DNA of 64,000 nucleotides from an uncultured delta proteobacterium (GCA_963812015.1 CAWETI010000002.1:1600001-1664000); one strand, 5' to 3'; positions 27,709 through 39,164 are shown, counted from the stretch's first letter. Made by a program: numbers and translations. The notes: a model not told the origin generated them from the letters alone.

Positions 27709-28580
27709 ATCATCTCTTCGACATCTTCCTGGCCCCCTTCCTGGACTTCATCTTCATGCGTCACGCCCTGGTCGCCTGCATGGCGCTGGCCCTGGGATGC
27801 GGGCCCATCGGTGTGCTCCTGGTCCTCAGGCGCATGAGCCTGGTGGGCGACGCCCTTTCCCATGCGGTGTTGCCGGGGGCGGCAGTCGGCTTCCTGGTTG
27901 CCGGCCTATCCCTCTATGCCATGACGGTGGGAGGCATCGTGGCGGGGCTCGCAGTAGCCCTGCTGGCAGGCATGGTCACCCGCCTCACGATGCTGCGGGA
28001 GGATGCCAGCTTTGCGGCCTTGTACTTAATTTCGCTATCTTTGGGGGTCCTCATCGTCTCGCTGCGCGGCAGCAGCATCGATCTTATGCATGTGCTCTTT
28101 GGCACTATCCTGGCGGTGGATGATGCCGCCCTGATTCTGGTCGCCGCCATTACCACGGTGACGCTTGCGATCCTGGCGATTATCTACCGGCCTCTCATCG
28201 TCGAATGCTTCGATCCCGGCTATCTGAGGTCCGTAGTGGGGCGGGGCACGGTCATGCACTTTACCTTCTTGGTCCTGGTAGTCCTCAACCTGGTGGCGGG
28301 GTTCCAGGCCCTGGGTACCCTGATGGCAGTAGGTCTGATGATGGTGCCGGCGGTATCCGCCCGCTTCTGGGCCAGACAGGTATGGTCCATGGCCATGGTG
28401 GCCGTGGTTATCGCACTGCTGTCCGGATATACCGGGCTGTTGCTTTCCTTCCACGCCAACCTCCCCTCCGGGCCTTCGATCATTCTCACCGCAGGCTTTT
28501 ACTACATTTTCTCCGTCATCTTTGGCAGGCTTGGCAGCATCTACAACCGTCGCAGACCAGACCTCCATCTGGGGGGCTGA
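27705..28580 (+). CDS. Zn/Mn ABC transporter permease (ZnuB/AztB-like)
   Basis: RRMSLVGDALSHAVLPG, HVLFG, PSGPSII. Confidence 0.9.
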   Translation: MNHLFDIFLAPFLDFIFMRHALVACMALALGCGPIGVLLVLRRMSLVGDALSHAVLPGAAVGFLVAGLSLYAMTVGGIVAGLAVALLAGMVTRLTMLREDASFAALYLISLSLGVLIVSLRGSSIDLMHVLFGTILAVDDAALILVAAITTVTLAILAIIYRPLIVECFDPGYLRSVVGRGTVMHFTFLVLVVLNLVAGFQALGTLMAVGLMMVPAVSARFWARQVWSMAMVAVVIALLSGYTGLLLSFHANLPSGPSIILTAGFYYIFSVIFGRLGSIYNRRRPDLHLGG

Positions 28581-28606
28581 ATTCTTGATTCAGGAGGACA
28601 AAGATT

Positions 28607-29539
28607 ATGCCGGTCATTGTCAGGGGTCTCATGTTCTTTTTGGCCCTCTGCCTGGCTGGAAGCGGTACCCAGGCAAGAGCCGAGAAAAAGGTCAAAGTAA
28701 TCGCCAGTTTTAGCATTCTCGGCGATATGGTCAAAAATGTGGGCGGCGATCGGGTGGAGGTTACCGCCCTGGTGGGTCCCAACGGTGACGCCCATGTTTA
28801 CGAGCCGACCCCTGCCGATGCCAAGGCCGTGAGCGCCGCCGACCTGGTTATCGTCAATGGGCTGGGTATGGAGGGCTGGATGGACCGACTCATCAAGACG
28901 TCCGGCTATAAGGGGCCCATCGTGGTGGCCACCAAAGGAATCAAACCTCGGGAAATGACCAAAGAAGAGGAAGCGGAACACGAGCATGGCGCCAAGCACG
29001 AGCATAAGATCGACCCCCATGCCTGGCAAAATTTGAGCAACGGCCTGATCTATGTGGACACCATCGCCAAGGGGCTCAGTTCGGTGGATGCCGCAGGCAC
29101 CCCCGTCTACCAGGCCAATGCCGCCGCCTATAAGACCAAGCTCGCCGAACTGGACAAGTGGGTGAAAATGGAGTTCGCCGCCATCCCTAAAGCCAAACGC
29201 CGCATGATCACTACCCACGACGCCTTTGGCTATTTCGGCGCGGCCTATGGCATCACCATTCTCTCCCCCGTGGGCTTTAGCACCGAAAGTGAAGCCGCCG
29301 CCGGCGATATCGCCAAGCTCATCAAACAGATCCGTAAGGAAAAAATCACCGCGGTCTTCATCGAGAACGTCACCGACCCACGCCTCATGCAGCAAGTCGC
29401 CAAGGAAAGCGGCGTGACCTTAGGTGGGGAACTCTATTCGGACGCCTTGTCCAAGCCGGATGAAGCGGCCCCGACCTATATCGACATGTTCAAGAACAAC
29501 GTCACCAAAATTGTGGCTGCCATGCGGATAGGCTTCTAA
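28607..29539 (+). CDS. Zn/Mn ABC substrate-binding protein (ZnuA/AztC-like)
   Basis: Signal peptide, DAHVYEP, His-rich loop, DPHAW, HDAFGY, LYSDAL. Confidence 0.92.
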   Translation: MPVIVRGLMFFLALCLAGSGTQARAEKKVKVIASFSILGDMVKNVGGDRVEVTALVGPNGDAHVYEPTPADAKAVSAADLVIVNGLGMEGWMDRLIKTSGYKGPIVVATKGIKPREMTKEEEAEHEHGAKHEHKIDPHAWQNLSNGLIYVDTIAKGLSSVDAAGTPVYQANAAAYKTKLAELDKWVKMEFAAIPKAKRRMITTHDAFGYFGAAYGITILSPVGFSTESEAAAGDIAKLIKQIRKEKITAVFIENVTDPRLMQQVAKESGVTLGGELYSDALSKPDEAAPTYIDMFKNNVTKIVAAMRIGF

Positions 29540-29707
29540 AATAAACGCCCGCCAGGAGCGCTGCTGCTCAGCTGGCATCTTTACTTCTTCCTGACTGAAT
29601 CAGCTTTTTTCCAAAACCATGATCGTTGGGGCAGTGTTGCGATTGCATCGGATTTTTTGAACCAACCCAATATGCTATAATTCCTCCATCAAGAATGAGG
29701 GCAGGCT

Positions 29708-30580
29708 ATGTGTATCTTTTGCGGGGGTCAATGCGGCGGCTTGGGAGAGTTTCTCATTTCCCTGGGTTTGCCGTTTCTAGCGTTATATTTTTCGAGAATC
29801 AAGAGGGCGCTGGCAAAAATAAAAAATAAAATTCTGCGAAGAGACCTTCCAGGGGCAGTGCTGGATGAGCCAATTACCTGTAAATGTTGTGGGGAGGCCC
29901 TACGGGACTGCAGGGGGATATCTGCTCAGTCACTTGATCGTGAAAACTTAGAGCAACTTGAACTGAAATTTCAAGACAATGAATCGGCAGAAATCTCAAT
30001 GTCAATAGAAACAAAAAAGCCTAATAATCAAATAAGATTAGAAACTGAAACGGGGCTAAAAGGCGTCAAAGGCTGGTTATTATTGCTGTGTCTAAATCTT
30101 ACTATATTTATTCCTGCATCATATCTTTATCAATTTAATTGTATTCTCGATTTATATAATTCTACCAGGAATAAAATATTACTCTTAATGTTCAAGAAAC
30201 TACTATTATTTAATATAGCGACTGGCGCCACGATGCTATTTTTGGCTATATTTAGTTTCTATGTGGGCATGAAGCTTTGGAATATCAAATCAGGAGCAGT
30301 GAGGATCGGCAAAGCATTTCTAATCATTCAATTATTTTTAATATTTATCATTACCATCATCCGGCCGTTCATGACATTCTCCATAGAACCCAAAGGAACG
30401 ATCTTTGGCGCTATATTATTAAGTCTTATACCGTCATTATTTCAGTTTGGCTTATGGTACTTATATTTAAGCAAATCTAGCCGAGTTTACAATACCTATA
30501 GGGGGACCGAAGAAAAGAGATCAAGCATCATGCCGCCCCCGACAAAATTAGACAGTTATACAGAACTTAGCCAAGGATAA
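29708..30580 (+). CDS. Membrane protein, DUF2569-like C-terminus with Cys-rich N-terminus
   Basis: GVKGWLLL and WYLYLSKSSRVYNTY; N-terminal CIFC and CKCC; AT-rich. Confidence 0.55.
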   Translation: MCIFCGGQCGGLGEFLISLGLPFLALYFSRIKRALAKIKNKILRRDLPGAVLDEPITCKCCGEALRDCRGISAQSLDRENLEQLELKFQDNESAEISMSIETKKPNNQIRLETETGLKGVKGWLLLLCLNLTIFIPASYLYQFNCILDLYNSTRNKILLLMFKKLLLFNIATGATMLFLAIFSFYVGMKLWNIKSGAVRIGKAFLIIQLFLIFIITIIRPFMTFSIEPKGTIFGAILLSLIPSLFQFGLWYLYLSKSSRVYNTYRGTEEKRSSIMPPPTKLDSYTELSQG

Positions 30581-30854
30581 AGCTGGCGCCGTGCTGCAGT
30601 AAGTTCCAAAGGCACCAATGATAAAGCCGCCCTGAGAATACCCAGGGGTTAGCAGGAGTTGCTATCCCCTTTAAATTTTTTATATCAGTCCTCAGAGGAG
30701 CCAAGGTACTGGGTGCCATGTGCATGTTCATGGCTGGGTCGGGGTGGGGCACAATCTGGTGCAAATAAGCACTGCTGAGCACTTTAGATGATAGAAAAAC
30801 AACTCAACGGGAAAAAACTTCACCAGCGTCAAGTAGACGCACTCTAAGATCGCT

Positions 30855-31823
30855 ATGAATCAAGACGTACAACTTTTCACCTCCACAGCGACCGCGGTAT
30901 TCTTGGAGGCCTCTCCCTTTTTACTTTTGGGAGCATTGCTTTCGTCTGTTTTTGAGGTTTATCTGCCGTCGGATCGCCTGGAGAAGTTTATGCCCAAGGG
31001 CCTTCTCTTAGGCCTGCTTTTCGGGCTGAGTGCCGGGATGTTGATCCCCACCTGCGAATGTGGCGTGGTTTCTATCGTGCGCCGGTTATTGAAAAAGGGC
31101 GTCCCACCACATGTGGCGATGACCTATATGCTCTCGGCGCCGGTTATCAATCCGCTGACCATAGCTGCCACCTATATTGCTTTTCGTGGGAATATCTGGA
31201 TGGTTCTGGGGAGAATCGGTATAGTTGCGGCCTGCGCCTCCTGTATAGGACTGGCCTTGGCCAGGATCAATCCAGTTCTGCTGCTGCGAGGGAGGGAAAC
31301 CGAGCCGGACCTCTGTGATCATGGCCACACAATTTGTCGCCCTGCCGATGTGAACCATATGCCTCACGCCCGTCTTGATGTGGCCCAGGGGTGTAGCTGC
31401 GGTTGTGCCATCCCCAAAGGCTCCAGGCTGATACAGGTTTTCCAGCATACAGCTTCGGAGTTCTTAGATATGGGGACGTATCTCATTATAGGCGCTTTGG
31501 CGGTCGGTTTTTTCAGGGCCGTGCTCCACCAAGAGTGGCTGGCTTTTTTTCAAGACAACGTCTTCCTGGCCATTGGGATGATGATGTTACTGGCTTTTTT
31601 TCTGTCCATTTGCTCGCAAGCCGATGCCTTTGTGGCAGCATCCTTTGTCACTTTTCCCGTTGTGGCCCAGCTCTCCTTCGTAACGCTTGGGCCAATGGTT
31701 GACCTTAAACTCGTCGCCATGTATGGGGCGGTGTTCCGCAAGCGCATAGCGCTCACGCTCATCTTTGTGCCGATAATCCTTATTTATATTTTATCGCTCC
31801 TGCTGGGGATAGTGATCAGGTAA
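30855..31823 (+). CDS. DUF318/YcgR-type permease
   Basis: LEASPFLLLG, PTCECG, APVINP, SICSQADAF, GPMVDLK; His/Cys-rich loop. Confidence 0.85.
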   Translation: MNQDVQLFTSTATAVFLEASPFLLLGALLSSVFEVYLPSDRLEKFMPKGLLLGLLFGLSAGMLIPTCECGVVSIVRRLLKKGVPPHVAMTYMLSAPVINPLTIAATYIAFRGNIWMVLGRIGIVAACASCIGLALARINPVLLLRGRETEPDLCDHGHTICRPADVNHMPHARLDVAQGCSCGCAIPKGSRLIQVFQHTASEFLDMGTYLIIGALAVGFFRAVLHQEWLAFFQDNVFLAIGMMMLLAFFLSICSQADAFVAASFVTFPVVAQLSFVTLGPMVDLKLVAMYGAVFRKRIALTLIFVPIILIYILSLLLGIVIR

Positions 31824-32614
31824 TGATGGGACGAATCGGTGGAATTATAGAAGGACTCATTCTGCTGGCGATAGGTGTCTATGCCGGTCTGCTGGTTATT
31901 TACGGGGATTATTGGCGGTTTCTGAATCCTAAATTTAAATGGCTGACCGGTTTGACCGCGGCCATGCTGATTCTTATAGGCACAATAGCCATCTTCAAGA
32001 CCAACAAACGGGCAAGCTATTTCAGGATTTGCATTTTCCTTATCTTTCTGGGAATCATCTTTTGGGGGAATTCAGGAAGACCGGTAAGCCCAAAAACCCA
32101 CTCAAAGGCTCTTTCGGAAAGCCCGGCTGACGCGGTGTCCCGAGGTGAAAGGCTTGCTGAAGAGAAATCTCGCCTGGCCATGAATGGCCTCGAGTACATA
32201 AAAATCAATCTTGGCGAACTTTACTCACTCTGCCAAGAACCCAAACCAGACAAGATAGATAAGCGCTATGTAGTCCGGGGGATCGTCAAACGCACTAAAC
32301 CAACGGATCGTTTGGGGCACTTTGTGCTTCTCAGGAGCGCGGTAGTTTGCTGTCTGGCTGATTCGGTAGGGGTTGGGTTCAGGGTGAAGTATGATCGACT
32401 GAATGAACTTGAGGATGGGCAATGGGTGGAGGTCTATGGGACCCTGAAGAGCCTGTCGCAGAAGTTGCCAAAGCCTCGCCTGCGCATCAAAGAGATTCGT
32501 TTGGCTGTCTTGTGCGATTCTCATATTTTGGTCGCGGATAGAATTGTCAAAACCGAAGAGCCGGAAACTCCTTTCATGTTCGAGTTCAGTGATACCGAGC
32601 CATATAGATTCTGA
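31823..32614 (+). CDS. YcgQ/TIGR03943-like membrane protein
   Basis: N-terminal TM helices with FLNPK; VVCCLAD and WVEVYG; typical partner of YcgR. Confidence 0.75.
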   Translation: MMGRIGGIIEGLILLAIGVYAGLLVIYGDYWRFLNPKFKWLTGLTAAMLILIGTIAIFKTNKRASYFRICIFLIFLGIIFWGNSGRPVSPKTHSKALSESPADAVSRGERLAEEKSRLAMNGLEYIKINLGELYSLCQEPKPDKIDKRYVVRGIVKRTKPTDRLGHFVLLRSAVVCCLADSVGVGFRVKYDRLNELEDGQWVEVYGTLKSLSQKLPKPRLRIKEIRLAVLCDSHILVADRIVKTEEPETPFMFEFSDTEPYRF

Positions 32615-32681
32615 GATTTATCGCACAACCATGTTTAAATATATTAACCGCTCCTTCGTCTCTTAACTTAAGGAAATTTTC

Positions 32682-34619
32682 ATGATCAGTAAGAATTTGC
32701 TCTGCCTGTGGATAGCTGGCATGTTTATCGTTATGGCCGGGTGTAGCGAAGAGACCCCACCGGCGCGGAAAGAAGTGCGGCTGATCCCGATGCAGGATTT
32801 CTTCCGGAACCCGGAGAAAGCCGGATTCAAGATTTCTCCCAACGGCGAGTACCTCTCCTTCCTGATGCCCTGGCAGCACCGCCTCAATATCTATGTCCAG
32901 AAGATCGGTCAGGAACAAGCCATCCGGATTACCGAGTCGACCCAACGCGATATTACCGATTATCGCTGGGCTAACGACCAGCGGCTCCTCTACCTGATGG
33001 ACAAAAACGGCGATGAGAACTATCGGGCCTATGGCGTTAACTGCGACGGCTCCGACTTCAAAGAGCTGACGCCTTTTGAGAATGTCCGGGTCAGTGTCAT
33101 TGATGGGCAGGAAGATATCAAAGACGAAATCTTGGTCGGCATGAATAAACGTAATCCGAAAATCTTCGATGCCTACCGGCTCAACATCTATACCGGCGCA
33201 ATGAAGATGGTGGGGGAGAACCCGGGCAACATCTCGGGATGGATGGCTGATAACGCCGGCCGGCTCCGGGTGGCAGAGGCTACGGATGGGGTTAATGAGA
33301 CCCTGCTCTACCGGAAAACCGAAGCCGATCCCTTCAGAGCCATTGTCACCACCAACTTCAAGGATACTTTAGCGCCTCTTTTTTTCACCTTTGATAATCA
33401 ATCTCTTTATGTATCCTCCAACCTGGGCCGGGATAAGCAAGCGATTTACCGCTACGATATTGAAAATGACAAATTGTTGGACCTGATTTACGAACATCCG
33501 GAGGTGGATGTGGAAGTGCTCTTGCGGTCGAAGGCACGCAAGGTCATTACCGGGGTTTCGTTTTTTACCGATAAACGGCATTATTATTTCTTCGATAAGG
33601 CCCGGAGACAGATGCAGGAGACCCTGGAAGAGCAGCTGCCCGGCTACGAGGTAGTTGCAGGCGACGAGGGCAGAAACCTGCGGAGCAAAGATGAAACCAA
33701 GGTAATCGTCCGCACCTACAGCGATAAATCCCTGGGGGCATATTACCTTTACAATCAGCTAAGCCACGACCTGAAAAAGCTGGCCGACGTCAGCCCCTGG
33801 CTCCAGGAAGCCGAGTTAGCCGATGTGCAACCGATTCAATTCCAATCCCGGGATGGCATCACCATTCATGGTTATCTGACCCTGCCCAAGGGGGCAGATC
33901 CGAAAAACTTGCCCGTGGTAATTAATCCCCATGGCGGGCCATGGTCCAGAGACCGTTGGGGCTTTGATCCAGAAGTCCAGTTCCTGGTCAACCGCGGCAT
34001 GGCGGTGCTGCAGATGAACTTCCGGGGGTCTACCGGCTACGGCAAAGCTTTCTGGCAGGCGGGCTTCAAACAGTGGGGCCGCCTGATGCAGGACGACATC
34101 ACGGACGGGGTGCAATGGTTAATCCAACAGGGCATCGCCGATCCCAAACGCATCGGGATTTATGGCGCCTCTTATGGAGGGTATGCCACTCTGGCGGGCG
34201 TAACCTTCACTCCGGATCTTTATGCCTGCGGGGTGGATTACGTGGGTCCCTCCAACCTCTTCACCCTGCTCGCATCCTTCCCACCTTACTGGGGCCTGGA
34301 ACTCCAGAAGTTTTATGAGATGATGGGCGACCCGGTGAAAGACAAAGAGTTGCTGATGGAAGTTTCCCCGCTGTTTCACGCCGATAGGATCAAGGCGCCG
34401 TTGTTCGTGGCCCAGGGAGCCCATGACCCCAGGGTGAAAAAGGCGGAGTCCGACCAGATTGTCGCCGCTCTCAAAAAACGCGGTATCGCAGTCTTATACA
34501 TGGTCAAAGATAACGAAGGCCATGGCTTCAGCAACGAGGAGAACCGCTTCGACTTTTATCGAGCCATGGAAGAGTTTTTGGGCAAGCATCTGGGGAGCAA
34601 GGTAGAAAAGCGAAGCTAA
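32682..34619 (+). CDS. S9 family serine peptidase (lipoprotein)
   Basis: MAGC lipobox, HGGPW, NFRGSTGYG, GASYGG nucleophile, DPRV, EGHGF. Confidence 0.92.
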   Translation: MISKNLLCLWIAGMFIVMAGCSEETPPARKEVRLIPMQDFFRNPEKAGFKISPNGEYLSFLMPWQHRLNIYVQKIGQEQAIRITESTQRDITDYRWANDQRLLYLMDKNGDENYRAYGVNCDGSDFKELTPFENVRVSVIDGQEDIKDEILVGMNKRNPKIFDAYRLNIYTGAMKMVGENPGNISGWMADNAGRLRVAEATDGVNETLLYRKTEADPFRAIVTTNFKDTLAPLFFTFDNQSLYVSSNLGRDKQAIYRYDIENDKLLDLIYEHPEVDVEVLLRSKARKVITGVSFFTDKRHYYFFDKARRQMQETLEEQLPGYEVVAGDEGRNLRSKDETKVIVRTYSDKSLGAYYLYNQLSHDLKKLADVSPWLQEAELADVQPIQFQSRDGITIHGYLTLPKGADPKNLPVVINPHGGPWSRDRWGFDPEVQFLVNRGMAVLQMNFRGSTGYGKAFWQAGFKQWGRLMQDDITDGVQWLIQQGIADPKRIGIYGASYGGYATLAGVTFTPDLYACGVDYVGPSNLFTLLASFPPYWGLELQKFYEMMGDPVKDKELLMEVSPLFHADRIKAPLFVAQGAHDPRVKKAESDQIVAALKKRGIAVLYMVKDNEGHGFSNEENRFDFYRAMEEFLGKHLGSKVEKRS

Positions 34620-34989
34620 ACTGAAATTCGATAAATTGATTTTAAAACCGCGAAGGCAGATTCGATGCAACTTGCGCACAACGTATTGTTATGCCCATTC
34701 TCATAGACCAGTCTGTTAGACAAACATCGTAGGTTTCACTAACTGCTATAATCCGAAACTTATCACCGGCCCAAAAACTTCCTATATCCAGATCATATCG
34801 CCAATTTATGCTCTTCGATGATAACTGCCGCTTCTGGCAAGTTAGCTGCAATATTCAATATAGAATTAGAAGGAAAATAAAAAGACGGCCCGCAGGCCGC
34901 CTTGCAGGTTTTCCAGAAGCTCTCGTCTTAGAAGTGGTAAGCCTCTCCCACCAAGGTGGGTGAGTAAATGATCCCCAAGAAGGCGATTT

Positions 34990-37695
34990 CTACTTTGGTA
35001 GCGGCCCTTGAGTTATCTGCACCAGATCTGCCGGTCTTACCCACTTGGCAAAGGCCCCTTTGACCTGCTCAGCGGTCATCGCCGCATAGACTTTAGCGGC
35101 GGTGATCGGTTCATCAGGCGGCAAGTCCAGAATAGAGCGTTTGATCAACCCTTGAGCAATGCTCTGCAAACTGGATTCGGACAGTGGAATTCTTCGCAGC
35201 AACATCAATTTTGCCTGTCGTAATTCGTCGGGATTTACCCGTTGGGACTGCATCTCCATTAAATTACGCTTCACGATGCTATGGACTTTGGCAACATTGT
35301 CCGGATCGCAGGCATACTCAATGGCATAAAGGGCGCGGGTCTGATTGGCTTGCAACTCCACCTCCACGGAATATACGAGACCGGTTTCTTCCCGCAACTC
35401 CCGGTAAAGCCGGGTAGCATAAAAGCCACCTCCCAGGACGTGATTACCTAACACCAGGGCGTAGTAATCCGGATTGGACCGTGTCAGCCCCAGGGTTTCT
35501 GCCAGATTAACCTCATCTTGCTTCCGGCTGGCATTTGGTACGGCCACAGAGGCAGGAGCATTGGGTGGTACAGGCGGTAACAGGGTATTTGGTTTAGGAC
35601 CAGAAGCCGTCCATTGTCCAAAGTATCGCTCGATTACCTGTCTTGCCTGCTTCTTGGTCACCTTGCCGATAACAACAATAATGGTCTGGTCTGGTCGAAA
35701 GACTTTCGAAAAATATTCTTTGACATCCGACAAAGTCAACCCTGAGACAGTGCCCGGGGTGGCCTGGCGCAAGGTCGGGTCGCTTTTAGGAAATAAAGCC
35801 GCTTTGAGTGCCCGGTGCGTCAGGTAATCCGGACTTTGGAGCTTGCCTGCTATGGTATCGGCTACCTGACAGCGAACAATTTTGAAGGCGTCCTCCGGTA
35901 GAGCCGGATGGAGTTCATTATCCGCCAATAGCTGCACCCCGCGCTCGAAGTGGTCGGACAATATCTGTAAAGAAAAAGAAGTTCCGGTGGAGACTTGCGC
36001 CGCAATATCATCCAGGGCTTTCTGAAAGGCCAACCGATCCAGTGAGGTGGTGCCGTATGAAAAAAGCTGGTCCAGTACCTGATCGATGCCCTCCTGGCCT
36101 TGAGGCTCCTGTAAATCCGGCTGATTTTTAATATGGCCGTAAACGCTGATCGTGTTGCTAATAGATTCATCCTGAACAATTAATTTAATCCCGTTGGGCA
36201 AGATGCTCACCACCGGATGAATGGTGGAGGTTGGAATGGACAATCGGTCTAAGGTACTCTTGGCCCACTCGGGCAGGGTAACGTTTTTGCCAGGCCGCAG
36301 ATTGAAGGATTCTTTGCCGGCAAAGCCTTTGGCGGATGTGGGTTGGCCGGAGGCCTCGGGAGTAAGGATGGCCACCACCGCATGATTGAGATCCAGGTAT
36401 TGGCGGGCGACGCGATCAACGTCCTTCACCGTAACCTTTGTAATGGCCTGAACGTCGTCTGCGGGAGACTGCCGGCCTTCCACCGCCAGAGCTTGTGACC
36501 ACGTCATGGCCAGCTCGGACACCGAATTTTTTTGTTCTTCCAGTTGCGCCAACTCATGGTTTTTGGCAGCTTCCACCAGATCGGCGGCGATACCCTGTTT
36601 AACGCTTTTGGCTAAGACTTCTTTGACCTCCTGAAGCAAGTTCTGAGGATCGCCGCCCTTAGGGAATGCGCCCAGCGCATAGGCCAGACCTGCCTCGGGG
36701 AAGGTGTTCAATGCAAAGCCGGTGTTTAAGGCCTTGCCCGCCGCCGTTAGGCCATATAAGTCCGCCCGTTGACTGTTCAAGACGTCGGCCAGCACCTGGG
36801 ACGTGGCATAATCAGGGCTGTTATAGCCGGGTAAGCGAAAAGCGACAATGACCAACCCGTAAGGCAAATCCGTGTTCATCTCGATCTTTTCGGCTGCTAC
36901 CGGCTGCAGCCGAACCTCCGGCCGTAAGGGCAGTTTTTTCCTGGGGATATTCCCGAATAGTATCTTTATGCTCTCAAGCGTTTTTTGGGGATCCACATCC
37001 CCGGTGATCACGAGAATGGCGTTATTGGGGGCGTACCAGGTATCGTGAAACTTTTTGAGCATGGCGCCGGTGGTCAGGTCGAAAGAGGCGCGAGTGCCCA
37101 GCGCATCGTGGGCATATGGCGTCCCCTTGAACATGGTCGCCAGGAGTTTAGTATAAAAGACATATTCAGGATTGGAGAGATCCTGGGCCACCTCCTGCTC
37201 AATCGCGCCTCGCTCTTGATTCCAGAGTTCGTCACTGTCGAGGACGTCTCGCATCCGAATGGCCTCGATATGCAAGGCCACATCAAGATCCTCGGCCGGA
37301 ACGGTAAAAGTGTACTGGGTGACCACCTGCTGCGTTTCAGCGTCGAAACCCCCACCCATAGCTGCACTGATGGCAGCCAGCTGGCCAGCCGAAAGCCCCG
37401 GACTGCCGCGAAACATCATGTGTTCCTGAGCATGGGCCATTCCTGGGAAACCTTCCGGAGCCTCGTTTGATCCGACCAAATAATTGACCACGGTCGTGGC
37501 CACGGGAGCGATGGGATCTTTCACAATCACCACGCGCAGGCCGTTGCTCAAAGTGGCTCGCAAAACGGCATCTTGGTTTTCCCCGGTGCCACAGGCTAAT
37601 GAAGCCGCCAGCGAAAAAATCACGAGCACTTTCCACCCGATGTCGGCCAGCCAGTTTAGATCCAGTCGTTTTCCGAATAACAATCGTTTGGTCAT
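34990..37695 (-). CDS. M16 family zinc protease (two-unit)
   Basis: GMAHAQEHMMFRGS inverzincin HxxEH, YAPNNA, RLYRELREETGLVY. Confidence 0.9.
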   Translation of the reverse strand: MTKRLLFGKRLDLNWLADIGWKVLVIFSLAASLACGTGENQDAVLRATLSNGLRVVIVKDPIAPVATTVVNYLVGSNEAPEGFPGMAHAQEHMMFRGSPGLSAGQLAAISAAMGGGFDAETQQVVTQYTFTVPAEDLDVALHIEAIRMRDVLDSDELWNQERGAIEQEVAQDLSNPEYVFYTKLLATMFKGTPYAHDALGTRASFDLTTGAMLKKFHDTWYAPNNAILVITGDVDPQKTLESIKILFGNIPRKKLPLRPEVRLQPVAAEKIEMNTDLPYGLVIVAFRLPGYNSPDYATSQVLADVLNSQRADLYGLTAAGKALNTGFALNTFPEAGLAYALGAFPKGGDPQNLLQEVKEVLAKSVKQGIAADLVEAAKNHELAQLEEQKNSVSELAMTWSQALAVEGRQSPADDVQAITKVTVKDVDRVARQYLDLNHAVVAILTPEASGQPTSAKGFAGKESFNLRPGKNVTLPEWAKSTLDRLSIPTSTIHPVVSILPNGIKLIVQDESISNTISVYGHIKNQPDLQEPQGQEGIDQVLDQLFSYGTTSLDRLAFQKALDDIAAQVSTGTSFSLQILSDHFERGVQLLADNELHPALPEDAFKIVRCQVADTIAGKLQSPDYLTHRALKAALFPKSDPTLRQATPGTVSGLTLSDVKEYFSKVFRPDQTIIVVIGKVTKKQARQVIERYFGQWTASGPKPNTLLPPVPPNAPASVAVPNASRKQDEVNLAETLGLTRSNPDYYALVLGNHVLGGGFYATRLYRELREETGLVYSVEVELQANQTRALYAIEYACDPDNVAKVHSIVKRNLMEMQSQRVNPDELRQAKLMLLRRIPLSESSLQSIAQGLIKRSILDLPPDEPITAAKVYAAMTAEQVKGAFAKWVRPADLVQITQGPLPK

Positions 37696-37975
37696 GTCAC
37701 TATCTTCTTTATTTAGATGCATAAATTGCATGGGTTCCGAAATTGATATAAGCCATTACCTCATGAAATATAATCACTTAAAAACTTCTTGTGTTTCCTT
37801 CGAACGGAAAATTTCCAATGCTAAAAATCTTAGATCCCCAGTTCTATAGGCTGACTGAGGTTGACGGTATATCCGGGCCTATAGTTTACTTGTCCATAAA
37901 GGGCCCGGTAATTGCCGTTGCCCCTGCCTGGCAAGGATACGGAAGTTGTTATCGCTTGATCGCTTTGAGGATACG

Positions 37976-38842
37976 TTAAAAACCAATCCTATAAAGCCAG
38001 AGGACGCCGGCGGAGGCAAAGAGGCAGTAAAGCCCGAACAGTTGCCAGCGGCCTTGCTCCAGCCAGCGAGAGAGCCAGCGGAGGGCAAGCAATCCGGCGA
38101 GACAACTGAACACCATGCCCAGGAGGCTGGGGAAAAAAAGGGTGAATACACCGTTCCCGTGAGGCAATGCAGATGGATGAGCCTTTAACAATCTCCAGAT
38201 CTCCCGCCCAATGACCGGCGGGGTCAAGACCACGGCCAGGGCGAAGCTGAACTCCTCGACTCTCTCTTTGTTAATCCCCAAAATCAGCCCCACGGAAATA
38301 GTCGCACCGGAACGGGAAAACCCCCGAAAGGGCAGGCAGAGGCCCTGAACCACGCCGATTAATGATGATCCTTGTAGGCCGGTATGGGAGGGGCGCCCCG
38401 AGCGCTCAGCCCGAACCCCGGCATAAATAATCAATATCCCTACCGACCCCAGTGCGATGCCAATTAAGCCCAGATTCCCAAAGATCAATTCAATTTCGGC
38501 ATGCGGCACGCCTTTGAGGGCGAAATTCTCTATAAGAAATTTCAGTGCCAAGCCTACAACACCAGTCAGTGCGGTAGCGACGGCCACTCGCTTGGCGAAA
38601 TTCCAGAATATGCGGCGAGAGGCGAAATAGTTCTCTTTCCAGGCCTTCCAAAAATAGAAAATCACCGCCACCATCGTGCCGGTATGCAGCATCACCAACA
38701 GCAACGTCATATCCGGCCTCGTGGGATCGAGACCCATTAACTTCTCCGCCACGATGACGTGCGCTGAACTCGAAACCGGCAGCAGTTCAGCCGCCCCTTG
38801 AACAATGGCCAAAACTAAAATTTTGAGGATGAGCATAGGCAT
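37976..38842 (-). CDS. uppP: Undecaprenyl-diphosphate phosphatase
   Basis: VQGAAELLPVSSSAH and GFSRSGAT motifs. Confidence 0.9.
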   Translation of the reverse strand: MPMLILKILVLAIVQGAAELLPVSSSAHVIVAEKLMGLDPTRPDMTLLLVMLHTGTMVAVIFYFWKAWKENYFASRRIFWNFAKRVAVATALTGVVGLALKFLIENFALKGVPHAEIELIFGNLGLIGIALGSVGILIIYAGVRAERSGRPSHTGLQGSSLIGVVQGLCLPFRGFSRSGATISVGLILGINKERVEEFSFALAVVLTPPVIGREIWRLLKAHPSALPHGNGVFTLFFPSLLGMVFSCLAGLLALRWLSRWLEQGRWQLFGLYCLFASAGVLWLYRIGF

Positions 38843-39164
38843 ATCTTTGCGGTCGCTCCAGCAGGTTCTAACCAGAGACCATGTGGCAGCCTTGATTTCC
38901 CTTTCTGAGTTTTAACCTTGAAAAGCTCCTTCTTCGAAAATCCTGTCTGGTGAGAGGAAAGATACCCGCAGCCTCAAAAAGGCCCCAACCTGCAAAGGGC
39001 CACATGTCTTCTCACGTCAACCGCATACAGATTCGATAACTAATTATATCTGAAATTCCGGACTCTCCGGCGATAGTTATGGATTCCGGCAAGAACTGTT
39101 GAACACGCTATTTTGGAACAGGGTATTTCTTTTGGGTCCAGAGCCTTTGGAATGAATCCTGGCG

